Assembly: GCA_036496555.1 (NCBI GenBank)
Contig: DASXKY010000066.1
Span: 5,834 to 69,833 of the forward strand
Reading direction: 5' to 3'
From: Burkholderiales bacterium
GTDB taxonomy: Bacteria > Pseudomonadota > Gammaproteobacteria > Burkholderiales > SG8-39
DNA: 64,000 nt
Within the stretch, counting starts at the first letter, position 1; each line of letters opens with the position of its first letter. The position numbers and the translations under genes are program-made. The notes below the pieces were generated by a model. The model saw nothing but the letters and a program-made list of their open reading frames with translations. It had not been told where the DNA came from and made no database searches. This document shows positions 11,391-20,735 of this stretch, one piece after another.

Positions 11391-12028
11391 GCCCGCCCTG
11401 GCCGCGCCTGGGGCTCGCGCTTGGCGTCTCGGCGCTGCTGCATCTCGCCGTGCTGCTTGTGTTGCGCGAGCCGGCGCAATGGACGAAAAGCGACTTCCCG
11501 CTGGTCGTACTGATGGACGCGCCAGCGCCCGCAGCGCAGCCCGCCGCGCCGCCGGATCGGGTGTCCCCCGCCAAGCCCGAGCGGCCGGCGGCGCGCGAAG
11601 CACGCAAAGCTACGCCCGCCGCGCCGACGCCCGCCGAATCGTCGAACGCGCGCCGCCCGTCGGCATCGGTCACGGCCGGGCCGGCCTCGCGGCCCCGTCT
11701 GCTGGCGCCCGAGTCCGGCCTCGCGGACGCGGCAACTTACGTAGACGCCAGCCAGCTGCGGCGCGGGCCGAGGCTCGTTGGCCCGTTCGCGGCGACGTAT
11801 CCGCCGCAGGCATATCAGCAGCGCCGCAAGGGCGTGGTGCTAGTGCAGCTGATGATCGACGAGAGCGGCGAGGTCAGCGAAGCGGTCGCGCTGCCCGGCG
11901 CGAGCGACGATCTCGCTGCAGCGGCGCTGGGGGCGCTGCGCCGCGCCCGTTTCCATCCCGCCGAAGGGCCGGAGGGGCGTCCGGTGCGCGCGCGCGCCTA
12001 CTTCGCGGTCAGCTTCGTGCTCGAGTAG
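11387..12028 (+). CDS. TonB C-terminal-domain protein (N-terminal TM, Pro/Ala-rich linker)
   Basis: There is no ATG or GTG after the ispH stop. An in-frame TTG at 11387 overlaps the ispH TGA (TTGA). The C-terminus [26 protein letters not shown]...ARFHPAEG is TonB_C-like. Confidence 0.6.
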   Translation: MSPPWPRLGLALGVSALLHLAVLLVLREPAQWTKSDFPLVVLMDAPAPAAQPAAPPDRVSPAKPERPAAREARKATPAAPTPAESSNARRPSASVTAGPASRPRLLAPESGLADAATYVDASQLRRGPRLVGPFAATYPPQAYQQRRKGVVLVQLMIDESGEVSEAVALPGASDDLAAAALGALRRARFHPAEGPEGRPVRARAYFAVSFVLE

Positions 12029-12034
12029 CCCGCG

Positions 12035-15000
12035 CTATCTCACGCGGTAGGAGAAGCGCTTCACGATCGTGCCGGACGCGTTGGTGTTCACGCTCGACGT
12101 CGTCTTGGTGGTGTCGGCACCGGTCGTGATCGCCTTGATGGCGCCGTTCGGAAGCTGGACCACCGCCACACCCACCGTGATCGTCTTCTGGTTCGCCCAG
12201 CCCACCGCTCCGTTCGGCGACGTGCTGATCGGCAGGCCGCTCCTGAAGTCGAACTGGTACTGGAAGCTCGACCCGCCGACCGCGCACACTGCGCCGCCCG
12301 CGGTGTTCGCCGGGACGTTGGTGGTGGCGAACACCGTGCCGTTAATCAGGCGCGGGTCGACCAGGTTGATGCCTTCGCCCGGGCTGTCCTGGATTCCGGA
12401 GAAGACCGGGTTGAAGTCGATGAACCAGCCGTCGTTGGTATTCCAGTTCATCGTCACGACCGGGCTGTTGCTGATGCCGCGTTCGGTGGGCGAGACCTGC
12501 GTGAAAGTGCGCTGCACGAGCGCAGTGTCGGTTCGCAGGCTGCCTTGCACGCCAGCGCTGTACGCCTTGTCTTTGAAGGCGTAGTACGACTGCTGCCACG
12601 ACGACGCGCCCGCGCCCTGGTCGCTCAAATCGGGCGTCCCGAGGTAGCGGCCCGTGCCGATGAAGAGGACGTAGTCGGTGCCGATGATTGAGGGAATCGG
12701 CCGCGAGGTGATCGGTTGTGCGCGGCCCGAGGCATCCTTCAGCGTCGTGATCTTGGTAATGACCACGGGCGCCGGGGTGGTGACCGTCGCGGGCAGCACC
12801 GGCGGCAGACCGACGTCGAGGCGCCAGACGTTGCCGAGCTGGTCGCCGGCGTAGATGTACTGGAACGTAGCGTCGATCTTGCCGCCGTTGGTGTAGTAGG
12901 GCGCCTGTTTCATCAGGCCCGAAGGCGTGGTGACAGTGCCGACACCGGTGCTGACCTTATTGAGGAGCGCGCCGGTGATGGCGTCGACCACCCAGAAAGT
13001 CCCTTTGCCGCTGCCGGTGCTGCCGCCTATGGTGAGGTTGTTGTTCAGCCCGGAGGTAAACACCACGACCCAGCGGCCGTCATAGGCGCGCTTGCCGAAG
13101 ACCGGGTTGCCGTAGGTGAGCCCGATGTCCACATCGGCGGTCGTCGGATCGCACTGGTTCGCGTCGGCGCACCATTCCCACAGCACCTTCGGCGAGGCAG
13201 GGTCGGTCACGTCGAGCGCGTAGTACCCGCGGCCGCCGCCCGCCGCGCCGCCGACCAGAACGGTCTTCCACGCGCTCGCGGTAGCGTCGAAGACGTCGTT
13301 CACCTCCGGCGAGCCCTCGACGAAATACGTGTGCGTCGTCGAATAGGTTCTGTCGGCCAGGACCGACATCATCGGCATCAGGAAGCGCGGCACGTAGGCC
13401 CAGGACTCGGCGCCGGTGACGCCGTCGAAGGCGTGCAGGTAGCCGTCGTTCGCACCGACGTAGACGCGCGGCGCGCGGCTCGCCTGCGCGGTGATGAAGC
13501 TGCTGTAGGTGCCGCCGTAGTCGAAGATCGGCGCACGCACGTAGTTCGGCTTGGCGCTGATCGTGTCGCCCATGATCGTTTGTGTCACCGCGCCGGTGGC
13601 GGGATCGATGACGGTCCGGTCGCGATACAACGGCGAGGTGGAACCCGGCGAGGATTCGTTGCCGGTCTGCCCGCGCAGGAAGTCGACCAGGGTGGTGCCG
13701 GCGTTGATGGTGGTCTGCTGCGCCCCCGTGACGCTCGTGCACTGGGAGAGCAGCGCGACGGGATACAGAGTGCTGCCGATGTTGGTGTCGCACTTGTGGG
13801 TGAAGAATGCCTGCTCGGTCGAGTTCAGCGAGGCGAACGTGAAGCTCTTTACCTTGTTGGTCCCTGCCGGATCAAAAGTGAGGATCGTTCGCGTATCCGT
13901 CGTCGCCGTGACCCGGCCGAGGAGGAGCTGGTCGCCCTGCCACTGGATCGTGGGATCGACATTGCCGGTCGCCGGATCGATCGTCTGCGCGAACACGCGG
14001 CCCGCCCACGTATTGGTCTCGTAGGTGGTGCTGAAGATCTGGTTGTCGGTCTGCGTCACGTTCGGGCTCGAGGTTGCCGAAGCGGAGGCCGCCGCGAACT
14101 GCGAGCCGAGCGCCGTCAGTGTGTTCTGAATGCCGCTCGCCAGCGCGTCGACGTTGGTGGCGAGATAGAACTGTCCGCGGCCGTTCACCGCCGCGTGCCA
14201 GAGATCATCGAGCGCAGCGGGCGTGTCGTGGATCGGCTCGGGCCAGTTGCAGGCGCCGCTCGACCAGAAACAGGCGTTTGGCGTGCCGGATTTGATATTC
14301 GCGAAGTCTCCGGTCGTGGAGCTGTCGTAGTCCGACTGATATCGCAAGTTGCCGTCCGCCAGTCCGACGGTAAAGGTCACCATGGCCTGGTGAGCCGCGT
14401 AGTTCTTCGATCCGGAGGTGACCGGGACGTTGTTTGCCGACACATCGACGCCCGCGGCGTTGAGGGCCGGGCCGGTGGAGTTGCCCTTCGTATCCTTGCC
14501 GCCGCGCAGATCGCTTCGGTAGTAGTACATGGCCACGTCGGCGAGCGTGTCGTCGTAGCCGCCCGCGACGGCGACGTTGACGAGCGGTGTGCCTACGACA
14601 GGCGCGCTCGGGTTGGGGCTGATCAGCGCCAGGCTGGTGCCGCTACCCGAGGCGCCGGCGACGGGGCTGCCGTTGTTCGTGGGCGTCGGGCCCGACGCGC
14701 CGTTGTTGCTAGTGCTGCAGGCGGAACTGCTTGCCGGCACAGTGGTGGTCCAATTGCTACCGCCGTCTTTGCTGTACTCGTAAGTAGAGGAAGCGACGTT
14801 CGTAAAGGCCGTCGAAAGGTCGGTCTGGAAGCCGTCGACCGTGGTCGTGGTCTTGTCCTGCGTGGCGGTTTGCCGGATCAGGACGTATCGCGCGCCGCTG
14901 CTGCTGGTCGCGCAGTTATTGCAGGAGGCCGTGCCGCCGTTAGGGAACGACACCGGGTTGTTGTTGTTGTTCCGGCGGTCGCAGACAATGCTTTGCTTGA

Positions 15001-17368
15001 CGGTCTGGTGCTGGATCGACGTGGTGTAGGTTCCCTGCGAGCAGGTGCCGTCCGGTGCCGCGGCGGGTGCGAAGGTGGTGTTGCTCGTGGTCGTGGTACC
15101 CGGCGAGCCGCCGCCGACGGTAACGTTCTGGGTGGTGACGGTGGTGCGGTCCATGACGCGATGCTGCGTAATACCGCAGCCGCAGGCCGTGTCGCCGCCG
15201 CCGGCGAAGTTCGTCTGCAGGTTGCCCTCGCAGACCACCTGCTTATCCTGCGTGGTCGGCGTGCTGGTCGTCGTGGAGGAGGCTGCGGCGCCGTCAAAGG
15301 TCCCGGTCGAGGTGCGGTCGACCGCCACCGTCGTGTAAGGCGTATCGGTTTGCGGGTTGACGCTGTCGGTGGTTCCGATCGCATTCCCGTTCAGGTCCTG
15401 CGGACCGTTTCCGTTCCAGTAGCCGTCGGTGGTCAGCAGCGTGAAATGGCGCTGACACGAGGCGATGACCGGATCGTCCGCAGTCGGAATGCCGTCAGTG
15501 AGGCCGGTATTAAGCTTGCCGGCGTAGATCCAACCCGCCCGCGAGAGCGCCTCGCGCAGCGGCGTGCTCTGGTCCGGAATCTGCGCGTAGAACTTCGTGA
15601 ACCAGTTGTCGGCCTGATTGCCCGAGCCGCCGCGGAAGGTGTCGATCTTCAGGTACTTCGAGCTCTGCACGGTGCCGTGGTCGCTGGAGCCCGAGGCGTT
15701 GTTGTAGGTCGGGTTGATCGTGATGAAGCCGACGCGCAGCTTGTCGTTCGCCGACCCGGTCGAGATGAGCGGGAGGAAAGCGCGGCCCGCGGTCGTCTTC
15801 ATCATCTGCATCCGCGTGCGGTAATAGGTGAACCAGCGCGCATAGTTCTGGATTTCTTCGGCGTACGTACAGTCGGGCGCGGTGCCGCTGGTCGTGCAAT
15901 CCGCGCGGTTTGGCCGGTTCTTGAACGGCGCGGCGCCACTGATGATGTTCTCTTTCGCGAACCAGCCGTAGCGCCCGAATTTCCAGGACGGGCTGGCGCC
16001 GTAGCCGATGTACTTGCTGCGGCAGCGCGGCGTGCCGGAGGCGTCGCCGATGGCGTCGGGCGCCAGCGCCTGTTCCGCCGTCTGGCAGAAGCGCAAGTAC
16101 GCCGGGAAGGTGAAGCCGCTCGGCGGCGTGTTGCCCGGCAGCACCTGAGCGCAGTTGGTGAGGTTCGCGTCGCTGCAGTATTCCACCGGCGTGATCGTGT
16201 ACGCGATCGCCGCGCCATTCACCGTGCCGCGCTGGTTGTACAGGCCGGTTCGCACCCAGTGGCCGGTGGTATTGCGCGCCGTACTACTAGTGGTGTTGAA
16301 CGTAAAGTGGTCTGCGTCGAGTACGGTAATCGGAACGTTGGTTAGATTCAGCGTGCTGTCGCCCGCCGCATTGCCGGTAGTCGTAATGACATCACCGGTC
16401 TGAAGCCCGTGCGCCGTGGTTGTCACGCGGGTCAGTGAGGTAGGCAAACCGACAAAGGTCAGGAGGGTGTCCCTTACGAACGTCACGGCGTTGTAGCACT
16501 TGCGGAAGGAGCCGAGCGTCGAGCCGATGGTGCCCGACGAGCCGGCAGTATAGGTAAAGGTGCTGGCCGTAACGCTGTTGATGGCCACGCAAACGGCGTC
16601 GAAGTTGTTGTTGGTCGAATCGACCCATATGCGATCCGACGTCGTTAGGCCATGGGGCGCGAGCGTGGTCGCGGTCACAGTAGAGCCGCTGCGCGCGAAC
16701 TGGCCCATCGCCATCATCTCTGGCAGGCCGAAGATCGCGGTGCTGGAGTTGGTGAGGTGCGTGCGATACGGGAACTGGCCGGCGTTCGGGATGGTATTGC
16801 CTTGCCCGTCCTTGCCGTTCGCGGCTGTCAGCGTCGTATTGTCGCCGGTCGCGCCGTTACGCTTGCAGACGCTGTTGCTGTTGCAGAACTTGTTGTCCTG
16901 GATCGACGCAGTGATGTCGATGGTGCTCGTGCTTTGCGCCTGGAAGGCGTCGACCGGAACCGAAGTCACGCTGAGCGGAGAGGCGGAGACCGTGGTGCCG
17001 TCAGCCTTGAGCGCCGGCTTGTAGAACACGCGCGGGTCGTAGGCCACGCCGTTGGTACCGAACGCGCCGCCCGTGTACCAGATCGGATCGCCAGCCTGAC
17101 AGTCGTTGCTGCCGCCGGAGCGGGTCATGCACTGGTTGTTGCCGCTGTCCTCGTTGTTGAGGTAGTCGGGCAGGTAGTCCCAGTCCATGCTGCCCGAGCC
17201 GTCGAGGGTGAACAGCAGATTCGGCAGCACGGAGGCGCCGCCGCCGGCGGTGGCGAGCGGCGTGTTAGAGATCGTGACGTTGCCCGCGAAGGCCGGCTGC
17301 ATGGCGATCGAGCTCGCGAGCAGCCAGGCGAGGCTTCGGTAGAGGACGAGTTTCAGGTTCTTTTTCAT
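12035..17368 (-). CDS. pilY1: Type IV pilus tip-associated adhesin PilY1 (1777 aa, vWA-like N-region plus C-terminal beta-propeller)
   Basis: ATG 17368 with GGGAG upstream and signal peptide MKKNLKLVLYRSLAWLLASSIAMQPAFA. MIDAS-like LLFTLDGSGSMDWD. PilY1 propeller signature RVYVGANDGYLHAFDGVTGAESWAYVP and YAGDQLGNVWRLDV. Last gene of the minor-pilin operon. Confidence 0.9.
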   Translation of the reverse strand: MKKNLKLVLYRSLAWLLASSIAMQPAFAGNVTISNTPLATAGGGASVLPNLLFTLDGSGSMDWDYLPDYLNNEDSGNNQCMTRSGGSNDCQAGDPIWYTGGAFGTNGVAYDPRVFYKPALKADGTTVSASPLSVTSVPVDAFQAQSTSTIDITASIQDNKFCNSNSVCKRNGATGDNTTLTAANGKDGQGNTIPNAGQFPYRTHLTNSSTAIFGLPEMMAMGQFARSGSTVTATTLAPHGLTTSDRIWVDSTNNNFDAVCVAINSVTASTFTYTAGSSGTIGSTLGSFRKCYNAVTFVRDTLLTFVGLPTSLTRVTTTAHGLQTGDVITTTGNAAGDSTLNLTNVPITVLDADHFTFNTTSSTARNTTGHWVRTGLYNQRGTVNGAAIAYTITPVEYCSDANLTNCAQVLPGNTPPSGFTFPAYLRFCQTAEQALAPDAIGDASGTPRCRSKYIGYGASPSWKFGRYGWFAKENIISGAAPFKNRPNRADCTTSGTAPDCTYAEEIQNYARWFTYYRTRMQMMKTTAGRAFLPLISTGSANDKLRVGFITINPTYNNASGSSDHGTVQSSKYLKIDTFRGGSGNQADNWFTKFYAQIPDQSTPLREALSRAGWIYAGKLNTGLTDGIPTADDPVIASCQRHFTLLTTDGYWNGNGPQDLNGNAIGTTDSVNPQTDTPYTTVAVDRTSTGTFDGAAASSTTTSTPTTQDKQVVCEGNLQTNFAGGGDTACGCGITQHRVMDRTTVTTQNVTVGGGSPGTTTTSNTTFAPAAAPDGTCSQGTYTTSIQHQTVKQSIVCDRRNNNNNPVSFPNGGTASCNNCATSSSGARYVLIRQTATQDKTTTTVDGFQTDLSTAFTNVASSTYEYSKDGGSNWTTTVPASSSACSTSNNGASGPTPTNNGSPVAGASGSGTSLALISPNPSAPVVGTPLVNVAVAGGYDDTLADVAMYYYRSDLRGGKDTKGNSTGPALNAAGVDVSANNVPVTSGSKNYAAHQAMVTFTVGLADGNLRYQSDYDSSTTGDFANIKSGTPNACFWSSGACNWPEPIHDTPAALDDLWHAAVNGRGQFYLATNVDALASGIQNTLTALGSQFAAASASATSSPNVTQTDNQIFSTTYETNTWAGRVFAQTIDPATGNVDPTIQWQGDQLLLGRVTATTDTRTILTFDPAGTNKVKSFTFASLNSTEQAFFTHKCDTNIGSTLYPVALLSQCTSVTGAQQTTINAGTTLVDFLRGQTGNESSPGSTSPLYRDRTVIDPATGAVTQTIMGDTISAKPNYVRAPIFDYGGTYSSFITAQASRAPRVYVGANDGYLHAFDGVTGAESWAYVPRFLMPMMSVLADRTYSTTHTYFVEGSPEVNDVFDATASAWKTVLVGGAAGGGRGYYALDVTDPASPKVLWEWCADANQCDPTTADVDIGLTYGNPVFGKRAYDGRWVVVFTSGLNNNLTIGGSTGSGKGTFWVVDAITGALLNKVSTGVGTVTTPSGLMKQAPYYTNGGKIDATFQYIYAGDQLGNVWRLDVGLPPVLPATVTTPAPVVITKITTLKDASGRAQPITSRPIPSIIGTDYVLFIGTGRYLGTPDLSDQGAGASSWQQSYYAFKDKAYSAGVQGSLRTDTALVQRTFTQVSPTERGISNSPVVTMNWNTNDGWFIDFNPVFSGIQDSPGEGINLVDPRLINGTVFATTNVPANTAGGAVCAVGGSSFQYQFDFRSGLPISTSPNGAVGWANQKTITVGVAVVQLPNGAIKAITTGADTTKTTSSVNTNASGTIVKRFSYRVR

Positions 17369-17394
17369 GATGTGCTCCCTTTGCAGCGCGCTTT

Positions 17395-18042
17395 TTATTG
17401 GAGGCGGATATGCGTCTGCACGATGGTGACCGAATTGCGCGGTCCGACGGACCGCGCGGTGACGCGGTAATGGATCGAGGGCGGCTTGGTGAAGAAGTTG
17501 GGCTGGCTCATGTCGAGGCCTTCGCCGCTGAGGACGGCCGCGTCGGGCGTCGACAGGCACAGGTTGGTCGCGCTGTTGCACGTCGCGTTCGGCGCACAGG
17601 TGAGGCCGGACTGGCTGCACAGGCGCTCGACGATGTAGGAGACGGTGTTGCCCGAGGCGTCGGCCAGGCCTCCATTGATTGCGGCCGCGTTGGCCCAGGT
17701 GCCGGAGCTGCTGAAATCCTTGTCCCGGCCCAGCACATCCACGCTGGCCCAGTAGCCGGTGCTGGAAACGCCCGCCACGTTGTGGTCGAGGTAGAGCTGA
17801 GTCTGATCCGCGACGGACTGAGTCGCGAGGTAAGCCTGGCCTGCCTGGATGCCCTGGTCTGCGCCGTTCATCGCCGACTCTTTGAACGCAATGTTGCCGG
17901 CGACGAGCGCGCTGGTATCCACCGAACGCATGGTGGCAATGCCGGCGAGCGACATGGCGACCAGCACGATGAGGGCGATGATCAGCGTCGCACCGGTCTG
18001 GCGGCGCGGATGATACGCGTGGCGCGAGGGCGAATGGGTCAT
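17395..18042 (-). CDS. pilX: Type IV pilus minor pilin PilX
   Basis: Start at MTHSPSRHAYHPRRQTGATLIIALIVLVAMSLAG (PilX_N-like, no Glu5). ATG 18042 lies 2 nt after the pilW stop. Confidence 0.8.
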   Translation of the reverse strand: MTHSPSRHAYHPRRQTGATLIIALIVLVAMSLAGIATMRSVDTSALVAGNIAFKESAMNGADQGIQAGQAYLATQSVADQTQLYLDHNVAGVSSTGYWASVDVLGRDKDFSSSGTWANAAAINGGLADASGNTVSYIVERLCSQSGLTCAPNATCNSATNLCLSTPDAAVLSGEGLDMSQPNFFTKPPSIHYRVTARSVGPRNSVTIVQTHIRLQ

Positions 18043-18044
18043 GG

Positions 18045-19295
18045 TCAGCTCGATTTCCAGATCCAGTTGCGCAGCGGCACCGTGGTCTCGAACGTCTTGT
18101 ACCGGTAGCACTGCCAGTTGCCGTCGGCCGAGAGATCGAGCGAGATCATCGTCAGCGCCGGCGTAACTGCAGGCCAGCCCTGCGCGGACCAGGTCGGGTA
18201 GGCGGAGGTCGTGTCGCAAGGCGAGCCCGGGCCGCCGGAGCCCACTTCGGGTTGCGCGCTTCTGGCCACCAGCACCAGGCGCACGGCGATCACGCTCGTC
18301 CAGGGGTTGCCGAGTCCCGCGAACTTCGGCGCGTCGACGAAGCGGTCGATCTTCCCGTCGCCGGCGACCGCGGCGCCGACCTGGTAGGGCACGGTCGCGT
18401 CGGAGGTGCCGTCGTCCAGCCCGTAGAGCGCGCGCATGTGCACGATGTTGTCCGCGACCGCGTTCGCCGCCGCGGGGCCGGTGGTGTTGAAGGCCGACGA
18501 GACGGTAAGCGTCGTAGTAGAGACGGCGTAGGTGTTGTAGACGGGCATCGTCGCCCCGTTATAGGCGTACGTGCCGTTGATGTCGTACAGATTGCCGAGG
18601 TTGAAGACGCGCGTGGCATTCGCGCCCGCCGAGGCGTAGCTCGTCGGGCTGGCCCACCCTCCAGGCCGGTTGAAGCGCGAGTTCTTGCTCGGAGTTCCGA
18701 TCGCCCAGTTCAGCTGGTAGGTGGTCGCGGACCGGTGATCCATGAAGTTGCTGCCCGGCACCGCCGTTACCTCCATCATCGAGCAGTTCTTGATACCGCC
18801 CGGTTCCAAAAGCACGACAAGATCGCCCACGCGCGTGCCGAAGCTGTTCTGCGTCTGGAAGCTGACGTCGGTCGCCAGATTGTCGATCGACCGCGACAGC
18901 GTCGTGGCATTGCCCACGATCTGCTGCGAGCCGTAGAAGACTGTCAGCCGGTCGGCCGTGCGGGCGTTGCCGCCGCTCGTGATCTGCACGGGCAGGAGCG
19001 AGAGGGTGTAGTCAGTGGGCGAGCGTTGCGAGTCGTAGGCCTGGATCGTGCAGCCAACATAGGGCGTGTCGTTGAAGCCCATCCCGGCCTGGCGCAGGTC
19101 GTTCTCCATGACGTAGAGGCCGATGACGCCGTTCTGCTGCGAGTCGCCGCCGCTGGTCGTGGAGCGCTTGATGCCCTCTGACACCTCGAAAACCTGGAAC
19201 ATGATGATGGTGCCCATCAGCGCAATCACCATCGCGACCATCAGCTCGACCATGCTGAGGCCCGTCTGGAAGCGGCGGCGCGAAAGAGGGTGCAT
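18045..19295 (-). CDS. pilW: Type IV pilus minor pilin PilW
   Basis: Start at MHPLSRRRFQTG/LSMVELMVAMVIALMG (prepilin leader, Glu5). ATG 19295 lies 2 nt after the pilV stop. The 170 upstream codons of the track ORF are Arg-rich and overlap pilV. Confidence 0.8.
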   Translation of the reverse strand: MHPLSRRRFQTGLSMVELMVAMVIALMGTIIMFQVFEVSEGIKRSTTSGGDSQQNGVIGLYVMENDLRQAGMGFNDTPYVGCTIQAYDSQRSPTDYTLSLLPVQITSGGNARTADRLTVFYGSQQIVGNATTLSRSIDNLATDVSFQTQNSFGTRVGDLVVLLEPGGIKNCSMMEVTAVPGSNFMDHRSATTYQLNWAIGTPSKNSRFNRPGGWASPTSYASAGANATRVFNLGNLYDINGTYAYNGATMPVYNTYAVSTTTLTVSSAFNTTGPAAANAVADNIVHMRALYGLDDGTSDATVPYQVGAAVAGDGKIDRFVDAPKFAGLGNPWTSVIAVRLVLVARSAQPEVGSGGPGSPCDTTSAYPTWSAQGWPAVTPALTMISLDLSADGNWQCYRYKTFETTVPLRNWIWKSS

Positions 19296-19297
19296 GG

Positions 19298-19750
19298 TCA
19301 GTTCGTGAACACCGAAGCAATAAGGGTGTAGTTGCGCGCGGGCAGGCCCTGCGAGGCCTCCTCCGGGAGCTGCCAGTAGACCGTGATCTGCACAGTCGCT
19401 CCGCTCGCGGTGGCGCCCGAGACCGCGATCACTGGCTGCGCCGCGGTGGTCCCCGGCAGGCGGGAACCGACGTCGCTCACCCAGTTCGTGAGCCGCGCGG
19501 GAACCGTGCCGGTGCCGGGGTAGGCGTAGGCCGAGACGTTTCCGGCATCGGTCCACATCTGCGTGAGCAGCTGGTTGGCGAGAAATGCCGCCTCGCTGCG
19601 GTACTTCGAATCGCTCACGGTGCGGATCGCCGTGGCCTGCATGCCGACGACGGCCAGGATGCCGATCGAGAAGATCAGGATGCCGATCAGCGCTTCGAGG
19701 AGGGCGACGCCGCGCTGGCCGCGCGCGGTTTTCATGGTGGAGGGGATCAT
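19298..19750 (-). CDS. pilV: Type IV pilus minor pilin PilV
   Basis: MIPSTMKTARGQRG/VALLEALIGILIFSIGILAV. GAGGAA lies 7 nt upstream of ATG 19750; alternative ATG at 19735. Confidence 0.8.
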   Translation of the reverse strand: MIPSTMKTARGQRGVALLEALIGILIFSIGILAVVGMQATAIRTVSDSKYRSEAAFLANQLLTQMWTDAGNVSAYAYPGTGTVPARLTNWVSDVGSRLPGTTAAQPVIAVSGATASGATVQITVYWQLPEEASQGLPARNYTLIASVFTN

Positions 19751-19761
19751 CGGAAGGTTCC

Positions 19762-20319
19762 TCACGGGCACGCCCGCGGATCGGGCGGCGTTGCGGCGGG
19801 GTCAAGCTTGGGATCGCACATCTTGATGCTGCCGCCGCCGGTGACGACGATGCGCAGGCAGCGCATATTGCCGGCCGGGCTGTCGGTCTCGCAGCCGCCG
19901 CCCGACGGATTGACGAAATCCATCCGCGTGACGCCGGACGGGTCGACCGTCACCGCGCCGAGCGGGGTGAAGGTCACCTTGAAGGCACCCGCCGGCAGCG
20001 TGTTGACGCCGACGTTGGGCGTGCCTTCCTCATGCACGCGCGTTTGAATCACCGACCCGCTCGTGACCTCCGATACGGTCCAGCCGCTGCCGGGACCGAC
20101 GGCTAGCTGCACCTGAAGATTGCGCGCGATGGCATTGGCGCGGGCGACCTGCAGGCCGTTCTGCATGGCATTGGCGGCGGCGCGGATCTGCGAGTTCTGC
20201 ATGAAGCCGAAGAAGCTCGGCCCCGCCATGGCGACGAGCACGCCCAGCACCACCAGCGAGATCAGCACCTCGATGATGGTGAAGCCGCGTGCGGCGGCGG
20301 GTCGGCGCCTGCTCAGCAT
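19762..20319 (-). CDS. fimT: Type IV pilus minor pilin FimT/FimU (GspH-like)
   Basis: MLSRRRPAAARG/FTIIEVLISLVVLGVLVAMAGPSF. ATG 20319 overlaps the pilE-like stop by 7 nt; alternative TTG at 20343. Confidence 0.75.
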   Translation of the reverse strand: MLSRRRPAAARGFTIIEVLISLVVLGVLVAMAGPSFFGFMQNSQIRAAANAMQNGLQVARANAIARNLQVQLAVGPGSGWTVSEVTSGSVIQTRVHEEGTPNVGVNTLPAGAFKVTFTPLGAVTVDPSGVTRMDFVNPSGGGCETDSPAGNMRCLRIVVTGGGSIKMCDPKLDPAATPPDPRACP

Positions 20320-20735
20320 TGCCCGCTTTTCTTGGTGGCCCAACAGTTGGTGCTCGGCAGCGACCAGCCCGTGGGTACGTGGGTGGTACTGCGCGTGTTG
20401 GCTTGGTCGATCGTGTAGGTGAAGCCGTTCATGTCCTGCTGGCCGGTTGCCGTCACCGTGTAGGTCTGCGACGGCGAGGCCGCGAAGGTGCAGGCGAGGC
20501 CGAAGTACTTCTGGTTCGCTGGCATGCCGGCGGTGCAGCCGCCGTCGTAGCGGCGGTTGTCCTGGTAGTACTGCTCGAGCTTGGTGCGCACGGCGAGGAG
20601 GTTGGTCGTCGCTTCCTGGATCTTTCCGCGCTTCACGTAGTCGCTATAGGACGGAAGCGCGACCGCCGCCAGGATGGCGATGACCGCCACCGTGACCATG
20701 AGTTCGATGAGGGTGAATCCCCTTTGCTTGCGCAT
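20313..20735 (-). CDS. pilE: Type IV pilin-like protein PilE (minor pilin)
   Basis: MRKQRG/FTLIELMVTVAVIAILAAVALPSYSDYVKRGK with a C-terminal Cys pair. AAGGGGG lies upstream of ATG 20735. Confidence 0.8.
   Translation of the reverse strand: MRKQRGFTLIELMVTVAVIAILAAVALPSYSDYVKRGKIQEATTNLLAVRTKLEQYYQDNRRYDGGCTAGMPANQKYFGLACTFAASPSQTYTVTATGQQDMNGFTYTIDQANTRSTTHVPTGWSLPSTNCWATKKSGQC

Noticed and set aside
12716-16345. A 1209-aa ORF on the plus strand, antisense to pilY1. Other very long antisense ORFs include 39649-41760, 2185-3192, 10470-11603, 26677-29115, 33398-35479, 48661-50328, 52568-54439, 41818-43329 and 61200-62549.
   Set aside because: All are Arg/Gly/Ala/Asp/His-rich with no recognisable family. 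Each lies exactly opposite a gene with a strong family signature. Stop-poor antisense frames are the expected artefact of high G+C.
18045-19805. Long N-terminal extensions of track ORFs, e.g. 3355-5529, 12035-17620, 17395-18219, 18045-19805, 21376-22656, 22131-23327, 22824-25175, 30585-32873, 32898-33767, 39382-43431, 45143-46732 and 55280-58381.
   Set aside because: The extensions are Arg/Pro-rich, overlap the upstream gene, and precede an internal start. That internal start gives the canonical family N-terminus (signal peptide, prepilin leader or conserved motif), often with an ATGA or GTGA overlap to the upstream stop.
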